Assembly (NCBI GenBank): GCA_035262225.1
Contig: DATFTE010000140.1
Span: 155-64,154 of the forward strand
DNA length: 64,000 nucleotides
Reading direction: 5' to 3'
Origin: Terriglobales bacterium
Lineage (GTDB): Bacteria; Acidobacteriota; Terriglobia; Terriglobales; Acidobacteriaceae
Part shown: in pieces, positions 56,724 through 64,000 of the stretch
Numbering within the stretch: the stretch's first letter is position 1
Layout of the letters: every line of letters starts with the position of its first letter
The notes under the pieces: generated by a model
Seen by the model: only the letters and a program-made list of their open reading frames with translations
The model's database searches: none
Told to the model about the DNA's origin: nothing
Translations under genes and position numbers: made by a program

Positions 56724-56972
56724 TTATCTCACTGTCCCGACAGCCCAGGGGCATACGCGAGGCGCTAACTCACCGGAGGACTTTGGCAGAGCGTACGACC
56801 GAAACCGGCAGAAGCGCAATGCGATCGGCTCCACGACAATATCCAAGACGTTCGCCCCGTTGGCCCCAGAAGGTGCATCCTCCGCCTCGAGGTAAGCAAT
56901 CGACACATCAGATTCGATGAGAACAGACACGGGTCCGGAGCCCCGGGGTTCCAGCACGACGGGGTCTTTCAC
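56724..56972 (-). CDS. hypothetical protein (possibly another decayed gene)
   Basis: GTG-initiated 82-aa ORF. Weak resemblance to DUF2283 (DVSIAYLE...VLDIVVEPIAL). No RBS seen. Confidence 0.2.
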   Translation of the reverse strand: MKDPVVLEPRGSGPVSVLIESDVSIAYLEAEDAPSGANGANVLDIVVEPIALRFCRFRSYALPKSSGELAPRVCPWAVGTVR

Positions 56973-56986
56973 GAGTTATAAAGGAA

Positions 56987-57240
56987 CTAGCGGATCCGGT
57001 CCTCCGCCTCGGGCTCAACATTGGGTGCATTGCGAACGAACTTCATCAGCTCGGCGCCGCTCGCCTTTCCCCTCCGCTTGGTAAAGAATTCAGCCGCAGT
57101 CTCAACTACCCCGATCTTTTCCGCAACTGCGGTTGCGATCCATTGGTTGGTTTAGGGACACACCGTCCTCCCTGGCCAAGCGTTGTGCGGCCTTCTTGAT
57201 CGAGAGGGGAAGTTTCAAGGGAATAGGTTGCCTTGCTCAT
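56987..57240 (-). pseudogene. ribbon-helix-helix (HicB/Arc-like) antitoxin gene with frameshifts
   Basis: Three frames together read MSKATYSL / KLPLSIKKAAQRLAREDGVSLNQ / WIATAVAEKIGVVETAAEFFTKRRGKASGAELMKFVRNAPNVEPEAEDRIR. One shift is near 57216 and one is at a CCAACCAA duplication (plus strand TTGGTTGG, 57143-57150). Confidence 0.6.
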
Positions 57241-57440
57241 CGTTTCACCTTCCTCAAGAGTTCATGGGGGCGCAGCACGGCAATTCCAAATCTTTCTCCC
57301 GCTGCGGCAAAATCACCCAAATTATAAGTAACCAGGGCATCGGCCTGACCGTTGATCGCCGTTTCTAAAACAATCTCGTCGTTTGGGTCTCGGGATTGCG
57401 GGCGCCATTGAAAATGCAAGTCAACCGGCGCAGATATCAC
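57237..57440 (-). pseudogene. PIN-domain toxin, C-terminal fragment only
   Basis: RDPNDEIVLETAINGQADALVTYNLGDF matches the C-terminal acidic motif region of PIN toxins. The N-terminal half, with the first catalytic Asp, is missing, and an in-frame stop lies just upstream. Confidence 0.55.
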
Positions 57441-57543
57441 AAGAGGCCAAGACCCTTGTTTCTACTACTTTATCCCCCTTTCACCCATCAGGCGGGCGCT
57501 TGCCGTGACGACAGTCCTCTCCTACTCGCCAGCGATTGCATCC

Positions 57544-57816
57544 TTAATCGCACGAATAGCCCTGAGAGAGGGTGTGGCAAATTACTTCTGGAAAGGAGAG
57601 CTTTTCCTGCTGAGCGCAGGCCTTCCGGTTCTGTTTCTGATGGTTCGCCGTCCCCCCGGATCGTGCGACTGGCCCGAGACCCTGGCGCGATCTCTTGAGG
57701 CTTCCTGCGGCGCCTTCCGTTCCCTGATCCGGCGAGACGATCTTTTCCACGAGACGATCTTTTCCGTTGTATTCCCCCTTTCCCAGCGCTACCCTGTTTT
57801 CGCTCTCGCGATTCAT
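57544..57816 (-). CDS. hypothetical hydrophilic 90-aa protein
   Basis: ATG 57816, preceded at about 7 nt by a strong GGAGGTGG RBS. The product is polar and probably disordered. It contains a 17-bp-period tandem DNA repeat. No family recognised. Confidence 0.3.
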   Translation of the reverse strand: MNRESENRVALGKGEYNGKDRLVEKIVSPDQGTEGAAGSLKRSRQGLGPVARSGGTANHQKQNRKACAQQEKLSFPEVICHTLSQGYSCD

Positions 57817-58074
57817 CCCCGCCACCTCCTTCCTCTTCCTTTTTGTGCGCATTTGCTGCATCGTGTGTGCAACATAACGTGCTTGTGCAAAAGGGGACCC
57901 AACATATGGTGTTTTCATACTTGACCCCGGCCGGATTTCGTCGGTACAGTAGCTTCCATCTGTGCCCGCCCTTACCCAGCCAGGGACGGAATCGTGAGCA
58001 TTAGGCAGCGTTTTCGTCGGAGAAGGAATCCGTCTGGTAAACACCGTGGTCTCCGGTTCTCGAAGGAGTAGAAG

Positions 58075-61000
58075 TTGCTCAAACTGAAAAAGCTGCAGAT
58101 TCTCGGGTTCAAGTCCTTCTGCGACCGCACCGAGCTCAAGTTTCACGGAGACGGTGTCGCGGCCATCGTTGGCCCCAACGGTTGCGGCAAGTCGAATATT
58201 GCCGATGCCATCTCCTGGGTGCTGGGCGAGCAGTCGGCCAAGACGCTGCGCGGCTCGCGCATGGAAGACGTCATCTTCGCCGGCACGCGCGACCGCAAGC
58301 CCACGGGCATGGCGGAAGTGTCACTGACCCTGATTGATCCCGAGCAGTACGACGGCAGCGACGCCGGCCTGCCGACCGAGATCGAAGTGCAGGACGAAAT
58401 GCCTGCGGACGATTGGGACGAGGCGGCGATCCGCGCACAGGCCGCTGAGGAAGCGGAGCGGCTTACCGAGGAAGCCCAGCCGGGCAAGACGGAAGAAGTC
58501 GAAGGCGAACCTGCGCCTGAGGGGGCGCCGATGGAGGCGGGCGGGCCTCAGGTGGTCCTTAAGATTCGGCGGCGCAAGTTCAACCAGCAGCAATTTCCGA
58601 AGGGCGAGATTCACGTGACGCGCCGGCTGTTCCGCTCCGGAGACAGCGAATATCTGCTCAACAGCAAGCTGTGCCGCCTCCGCGATATTCAGGAACTGTT
58701 CATGGGGACGGGTCTTGGCCCGGAGTCTTACGCCCTCATCGAGCAGGGCCGGATTGGGCAGATTCTGAGCAGTCGGCCAACCGACCGGCGCAACATCATC
58801 GAGGAAGCGGCGGGCATCACCAAGTTCAAGACCAAGAAGCGCCTGGCGGAGGCACGCCTCGAAGACGCCAAGCAGAACCTGAATCGGGTGAACGACATCT
58901 TCGAGGAAGTCACGCGGCAGATGAATTCGCTCAAGCGCCAGGCCTCAAAGGCCGAGCGCTATGCGAGGCTGCGGGATGAAATGCGCGCCAAGCTGCGCAT
59001 CGTGCTGGCGAGCAAGTTCGCGCAACTCGATCAGGAAAACGCGCAGCTCGAGCGAAGCATCGCTTCCCTGTCGGAGGAAATGCGCCGGCAGGCCGAAGCC
59101 GTGCAGCAACTCGAGACGGAGAGCACCGATCGCACGCAGCGCGGCTACGCGATTGAAAGCGAATTGCGAGAGAACCGCGAGCGGTTGAACCAGATCAAGC
59201 TCGAGACCGACCGCGCCGTCGCCCGGCGCCGTCACAACGAAGAGCGCTGCGAAGAGCTGATCGTTCGCGCGGCTGCTTCGGAAGCCGAGTTGGCTCAGGC
59301 GCAGGGCAGGCTGTCCCAGCTAGAGGCCGAGCGCGCTTTACACCGGCAGATTCTCCAGTCAGCGGCAGCCGACGTCGCCCACGCCCAGCAGGAACTGGCT
59401 CACTGCCAGCAGGAAGCCTCGGCTGCGGCGAACGCGCTCGCCGAACTCGAACGGCAACAGGAAGAATCGCGGGCGGCCATCATCGAAAACGTGGCCACCG
59501 CCGCGAACTTGCGCAACCAGCTTACCCAGGCGGAAGAGCGTCTGGCGGCCGTGGATCGCGAAGGCCGTCGCCTGCAGTCGGAACTGATGGCCGGCACCTC
59601 CCAGGTGGAGGCCTTCGGCGGACAACGCGGCCAGCTGGCGATTGAGTTTGAGACTGTGTCGCAGCGCGTAGCGGCGCTGACCGAGGAAATATTGCAGACG
59701 CGCCACGGGCTCGACAGCAAGCGCCGCGAAGAATCCGAGGTCAAGCATCGCCTCGACGGGCTGCGCGCTGAATACGCCACCGCACTCGGCAAGAAGGGTT
59801 CGCTCGAAGCGGTAATCGCCGAACACGGATACTCCACGGAGTCGGTAAGGCGACTGTTCCAGTCCGGAGTGATGAGCGGCGGACTGGCTCCGGTTGGCGT
59901 CTTGGCCGATTTCCTTGAGGTGGAAGGCCGCTACGAAGGGGTGGTGGAAGACTTCCTGCGCGATGAACTGAACTACGTGGTGGTCAAGTCCTGGGATGCC
60001 GCCGACGAAGGGCTTCGCCTGTTGCGTAGCGACGTGGACGGCCGCGCGACGTTTCTGGTGCATCCCGAAGACGCGCAAGCCAAATTCTCTTTCACGGTCG
60101 ACGAGAGCGCACAAGCGGCCCCGCCCGGCCATTCGATTGTGCCGCTCAAGAGCACCATTCATGTGCTCGATGGTTTTGGCAAGTCATTGGAAGTGATCCT
60201 GCCGAAATTGCGCGACGGCTACATTGTTCCCGATCCGGGGTTCGCCCGGGAGCTGGCATTGTCGAACCCTGACGCCTTCTTCCTCTCCCAGTCGGGCGAG
60301 TGCTTCCACAACGTGACGGTCACCGGAGGCAAGCAGCGCGCCGAAGGGCCGCTTTCGATGAAGCGCGAGTTGCGCGAAGTGCTGAGACTCCTGGCGGACC
60401 TCGAATCGACGTTGCGGAGTGAAGAGATGCGCGTCCTGACCCTGGGTCGCGAGATCAAGGAACTCACTTCACGGCTGGAACGGCTTGAAGACGAAAAGCG
60501 GGAGTCGGAAAAGCAGGCGATGACGTCCGGCCACTTGCTGCAGCAACTGGATTCTGAAATGTCGCGGGCCAGCGAGCGGCTCGGAAGCTGCCGTCATGAG
60601 CTGTTCCGGCTCGCGGTGGAGCGTTCGGAGCAGGAGCATCTGATCAGCGCGCGTCAGGCGGAGATCTCCGCTCTGGAGGCGCAGCGCGAGGAGCTGGAGC
60701 GGGCCGACGCCAGCGCGCACGAGCAGCTGGCCGCCCTGCGCCAGGCCCGCGATGTGGCGGCGCAGAACGCGTCGGAACGGCGGGCAGAGGTTGCGACGCT
60801 CGAAGAACGGCATCGCGCCGCCGCTGGCGTCCTCGAGCGCCTCGAGGCCCTGGTCGCCGAGATGGCGGAGCGCGTCCGTACCCTTAGCGCGCACATTGAC
60901 ACCTCGGGCGTGGAGAGGCTGCAACGCGAACAGGAGAACGAAAAGCTCGCTCAGCGCCTGGTGGACCTCGAAAGCGAACGGGCCGTGGGCGAGACGCGGG

Positions 61001-61896
61001 ACGGGGAGCTGCAATCAGAGACGGAACAGGTTCGAGCCCGGCTGGCTGAGATCGAGGAGGCCCTGCGCAGTGCGCGCCAACTCCTGGACCAGGCGCGCGA
61101 CCGTCGTGGCGAATTGTCGGCCGCAATCGCCAAGCTCCACTCGGATGTGCAGCACATGTCGGAAACCTGCCTGAACGAACTGGGCGTGCCACGTCAGGAA
61201 TTGATCGCCGACGCCACCATACCGGTCGCCGCTGGAGAGGAACTCCTCGCCCAGGACAATGCCTACCGGGAGATGCGCAACCGCCTTGAGGGGATGGGTC
61301 CGGTGAACATGATGGCGCTGGAGGAATACAAGGAAACCGCCGAACGCCACGCTTTCCTCGATACCCAGCGCAAGGACCTGTTGGAGTCGATCGAAAATAC
61401 CCAGGCGACTATCCGGGAGATCGACACTTTCTCGCGCCAGAAGTTCGAAGAGGCGTTCCAGAAAATCAACGAGAACTTCACCGCTACCTTCAAGAAGCTC
61501 TTCGCCGGCGGCCACGCATTCATGCGCCTGACCGACGAAGAAAACAGTGCGGAAAGCGGCATTGATGTGGTTGCGTCTCCTCCAGGAAAGAAGCTGCAGA
61601 ATGTGCTGCTGCTTTCGGGCGGCGAGAAAGCTCTTACAGCGCTCTCCTTGCTGGTGGGGATCTTCCAATACCAGCCGAGCCCGTTCTGTATTCTCGACGA
61701 AGTCGACGCGCCGCTCGATGAGGCGAACATCGGCCGCTTCACCGAACTGGTGCGCGAAATGAGTATGCAGACCCAGTTCGTGCTCATCACCCACAGCAAG
61801 AGAACCATGAGCATCGCTCCCGTGCTGTATGGGGTCACCATGCAGGAGCCCGGGGTCTCGAAGCTGGTGTCGGTACGCCTCGGCGCAAGCGCGTAA
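58075..61896 (+). CDS. smc: chromosome segregation protein SMC
   Basis: TTG start with a GAAGGAG RBS. GPNGCGKSN Walker A, long coiled coils, hinge, LSGGEKALTALSL, ILDEVDAPLD. Confidence 0.96.
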   Translation: MLKLKKLQILGFKSFCDRTELKFHGDGVAAIVGPNGCGKSNIADAISWVLGEQSAKTLRGSRMEDVIFAGTRDRKPTGMAEVSLTLIDPEQYDGSDAGLPTEIEVQDEMPADDWDEAAIRAQAAEEAERLTEEAQPGKTEEVEGEPAPEGAPMEAGGPQVVLKIRRRKFNQQQFPKGEIHVTRRLFRSGDSEYLLNSKLCRLRDIQELFMGTGLGPESYALIEQGRIGQILSSRPTDRRNIIEEAAGITKFKTKKRLAEARLEDAKQNLNRVNDIFEEVTRQMNSLKRQASKAERYARLRDEMRAKLRIVLASKFAQLDQENAQLERSIASLSEEMRRQAEAVQQLETESTDRTQRGYAIESELRENRERLNQIKLETDRAVARRRHNEERCEELIVRAAASEAELAQAQGRLSQLEAERALHRQILQSAAADVAHAQQELAHCQQEASAAANALAELERQQEESRAAIIENVATAANLRNQLTQAEERLAAVDREGRRLQSELMAGTSQVEAFGGQRGQLAIEFETVSQRVAALTEEILQTRHGLDSKRREESEVKHRLDGLRAEYATALGKKGSLEAVIAEHGYSTESVRRLFQSGVMSGGLAPVGVLADFLEVEGRYEGVVEDFLRDELNYVVVKSWDAADEGLRLLRSDVDGRATFLVHPEDAQAKFSFTVDESAQAAPPGHSIVPLKSTIHVLDGFGKSLEVILPKLRDGYIVPDPGFARELALSNPDAFFLSQSGECFHNVTVTGGKQRAEGPLSMKRELREVLRLLADLESTLRSEEMRVLTLGREIKELTSRLERLEDEKRESEKQAMTSGHLLQQLDSEMSRASERLGSCRHELFRLAVERSEQEHLISARQAEISALEAQREELERADASAHEQLAALRQARDVAAQNASERRAEVATLEERHRAAAGVLERLEALVAEMAERVRTLSAHIDTSGVERLQREQENEKLAQRLVDLESERAVGETRDGELQSETEQVRARLAEIEEALRSARQLLDQARDRRGELSAAIAKLHSDVQHMSETCLNELGVPRQELIADATIPVAAGEELLAQDNAYREMRNRLEGMGPVNMMALEEYKETAERHAFLDTQRKDLLESIENTQATIREIDTFSRQKFEEAFQKINENFTATFKKLFAGGHAFMRLTDEENSAESGIDVVASPPGKKLQNVLLLSGGEKALTALSLLVGIFQYQPSPFCILDEVDAPLDEANIGRFTELVREMSMQTQFVLITHSKRTMSIAPVLYGVTMQEPGVSKLVSVRLGASA

Positions 61897-62397
61897 ACGG
61901 CTGCCGCGGAACCACAGATTTGCCGGGACGATTTCGTCTAGCCCAAGGAGTGCAGAACGTACTCGCGAGAGGCGGTCGCGGCGCACTCTTCCCGACGCGC
62001 GGTACACATTAGGTGGCGGCAAGGAGCACACGGTAAGAGAGATTTTCATCGCGGTCGAACGCCTCGACCTGTATCCCGCCATGGGCTGGGAGGAGAGTTG
62101 ACAGGAACACGGGAGTTGGTGGTTCCGCAACGCCGTACCTGGACCCTTATGGCGCCCTGCTGGGGAGCGGCGAGATACTGCGGGGTTTCAGGCTGTGCGC
62201 GAGGCGCCCCTGGTTTGTGATCCCGTTCTTCACGGTGCTTGATCGAGGTCCGCATTATCCTCTGCCGTCCTCAGCATTTCCACAAAGACATCCCTTCGAA
62301 CTCCTTGTCAGATAAGCGAATCCACCGACACAGGAAACTGTCAACCTTTTTCGTTGTTTCCGTTCGATGCGGGCAGCGTGGGCAGTGATCGAAATCG

Positions 62398-62425
62398 TTG
62401 ACAAAAATTTATGGCACGCTAGAAT
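62398..62425 (+). promoter_or_regulatory. candidate sigma-70 promoter of purC
   Basis: TTGACA (62398-62403), a 16-nt spacer, then TAGAAT (62420-62425), 31 nt upstream of the purC ATG. Confidence 0.55.
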
Positions 62426-62456
62426 ACGCGACGTTTTCTGCCTGTAGAATTTCCTT

Positions 62457-63368
62457 ATGACCTCCCAACTTCTCGATGCCGTCCTATTACATACTGACTT
62501 CAAAGATCTGAACCTTTACGCGAGCGGCAAGGTTCGGGACGTCTACCGGCTCGGCAACGACCGCTTGCTCTTCGTCGCCACCGATCGCATCTCCGCCTTT
62601 GACTACGTTTTGGCGACAGGTATTCCGCACAAGGGACGGGTGCTGACGCAAATCTCGCTGTTCTGGTTTGATTTTCTCAAGCCTATTGTTCCCAACCACT
62701 ACATCACGTCGGACGTACGCCAGTACCCGGCAGCGCTCGAGAAATATGCCGACCAGCTGTCCGGCCGCTCGATGGTGGTCATGCGCGGTGAGATGTTTCC
62801 CGTCGAGTGCGTGGTACGCGGATACCTCTCCGGCTCAGGCTGGAAGGAATATCAGGCAAGCGGGAAAGTGTGCGGCATACAGCTTCCTAAAGGATTGAAG
62901 GAGTCCGATCAGCTTCCCGAGCCCATCTTCACGCCCGCCACCAAGGCGACCACGGGTCACGATATCAATATCTCCTTCGAGGAGATGTGCAAGCTGGTCG
63001 ATCCGGAAGATAGCCGGCAACTGCGTGAGATCAGTCTACAGCTATACAAGACGGCAGCGGATTACGCGCGGGAAAAGGGCATTATCATCGCCGATACCAA
63101 ATTCGAGTTCGGACGCACTGCCGCCGGAATTACGCTGGCAGATGAAGTATTAACCCCCGACTCCTCGCGCTTCTGGCCGGCCAAGACGTATCAACCGGGC
63201 AAAGCGCAGGATTCGTTCGACAAGCAATATGTTCGTGATTACCTCGAAGAAATTCGTTGGAACAAACAACCCCCAGCGCCCGCGCTTCCCCCAGATGTGG
63301 CGCGCCGCACCAGCGAAAAGTACATCGAGGCGTACCACCTGCTCACCGGGCGTGAGCTGGATGTCTAG
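62457..63368 (+). CDS. purC: phosphoribosylaminoimidazole-succinocarboxamide synthase
   Basis: YASGKVRDVY, VATDRISAFD, ADTKFEFG, LTPDSSRFW. Confidence 0.95.
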   Translation: MTSQLLDAVLLHTDFKDLNLYASGKVRDVYRLGNDRLLFVATDRISAFDYVLATGIPHKGRVLTQISLFWFDFLKPIVPNHYITSDVRQYPAALEKYADQLSGRSMVVMRGEMFPVECVVRGYLSGSGWKEYQASGKVCGIQLPKGLKESDQLPEPIFTPATKATTGHDINISFEEMCKLVDPEDSRQLREISLQLYKTAADYAREKGIIIADTKFEFGRTAAGITLADEVLTPDSSRFWPAKTYQPGKAQDSFDKQYVRDYLEEIRWNKQPPAPALPPDVARRTSEKYIEAYHLLTGRELDV

Positions 63369-63395
63369 GCTCCAAACCGCGCGTGGGAGATTCTC

Positions 63396-63944
63396 ATGAG
63401 CGGCGTAGATTGGATCATTCTGGCGGTGATCCTGATCTCGGTGATCCAGGCCACTGCCGAGGGTTTTTTCCATGCTGCTTTCAGTATGGCCGGGTTGGTG
63501 CTGGCATATCTGCTGGCGGCGTGGCAGTACCACCGTTTGGCGGCCTGGTTTGCCCCCAATCTCAAATCACCCTGGTTGGGAGAGATTGCTGGATTCCTGA
63601 TCATTTTTTTGTCGGTGTTGGTGCTGGCGGGAATTGCGGGCCGGATCGCCCGCTGGGCGGTCAAAGAAGCCGGGCTCAGCTTGATTGATCGTCTTTTTGG
63701 CGGCGTATTGGGTCTGCTGCGAGGTGGCTTGCTGGTGTGTGTAGTGCTGATGGGCATGGCTGCCTTCACGCCCACCTCGAAGTGGCTGGAGAGTTCGGAA
63801 CTTGCTCCTTATTTCCTGGTGGTGGGCAGGGCCGCGATTTGGGTAGCCCCCGCCGAATTGCGTGGCCGTTTCTACCAGGGACTGGATTTGTTGCATCACC
63901 AACGGCAATCTCCGACTCCCGCGCCCGGTGCACCCGCCCATTAG
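63396..63944 (+). CDS. cvpA: CvpA-family membrane protein
   Basis: MSGVDWIILAVILISVIQATAEGF... 4 TMs. IDRLFGGVLGLLRG motif. The usual position next to purine genes. Confidence 0.85.
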   Translation: MSGVDWIILAVILISVIQATAEGFFHAAFSMAGLVLAYLLAAWQYHRLAAWFAPNLKSPWLGEIAGFLIIFLSVLVLAGIAGRIARWAVKEAGLSLIDRLFGGVLGLLRGGLLVCVVLMGMAAFTPTSKWLESSELAPYFLVVGRAAIWVAPAELRGRFYQGLDLLHHQRQSPTPAPGAPAH

Positions 63945-64000
63945 GCGAAAGCTTTATAACGGCAGGCGATTTATACCGCGGCCTGTAAGAGCCGTGCTGC

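Noticed and set aside
61015-62130. 371-aa minus-strand ORF
   Set aside because: It is antisense to the 3' third of smc and runs into the non-coding spacer. It has no motifs.
61897-62397. ZTP (pfl) or purine riboswitch upstream of purC
   Set aside because: CCGCCAUGGGCU at about 62078 loosely resembles the pfl 3' element. The 5' subdomain is missing. The site also lies about 320 nt upstream of the predicted promoter rather than in the leader.
1-64000. CRISPR arrays, tRNA and rRNA genes, prophage or defence-island genes
   Set aside because: I found no short direct repeats with regular spacers. I found no T-arm GGTTCGAATCC-like or acceptor-stem patterns and no rRNA-like segments. Apart from the toxin-antitoxin modules, I saw no nuclease, helicase or methylase combinations typical of defence systems.

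Overview
This is a roughly 60% GC bacterial chromosomal segment of about 65 genes. The gene content (PEP-CTERM-like protein, FG-GAP repeat protein, 1148-aa sortilin/BNR protein, DinB and SRPBCC paralogs, CoxMNOP-type oxidase) points to Acidobacteriota, but that is an inference, not a search result.

Layout:
- 1-10 kb is accessory-like. It holds fragments of three IS families (IS3, IS481-like, IS110), a PEP-CTERM-like protein, a two-lobed aspartyl protease with PDZ, a 720-bp ORF-free structured spacer, a ChaA-type antiporter, a 13-repeat FG-GAP protein and a truncated RND adaptor.
- 10-30 kb is one long minus-strand block. It holds an FTR1/FetM-type iron uptake operon with two unusual domain fusions, a DUF45-like metallopeptidase, three secreted helical/TPR proteins overlapping uvrA, an aa3-type cytochrome oxidase operon and the sortilin/BNR protein.
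- 30-64 kb is mostly housekeeping: M1 peptidase, pdxR-pdxST, an ArsR-SRPBCC operon, miaB, truB, rhomboid, a folE/PTPS/SDR/GT2 pterin-type cluster, thiO, M20 dipeptidase, smc, purC and cvpA. Interspersed are vapBC, a frameshifted hicAB, a decayed PIN/RHH module and an unexplained inverted-repeat family around a small secreted-protein gene.

I found no rRNA, tRNA or CRISPR array.

The most unusual items are:
- an ABC ATPase fused to a complete DtxR-type metal sensor;
- an FTR1::DUF2318 fusion;
- a group-II-intron-like ORF-free RNA candidate;
- a tetrahydrobiopterin-type gene set coupled to a membrane GT2.

All functional calls rest on motif recognition by eye. No database search was run.
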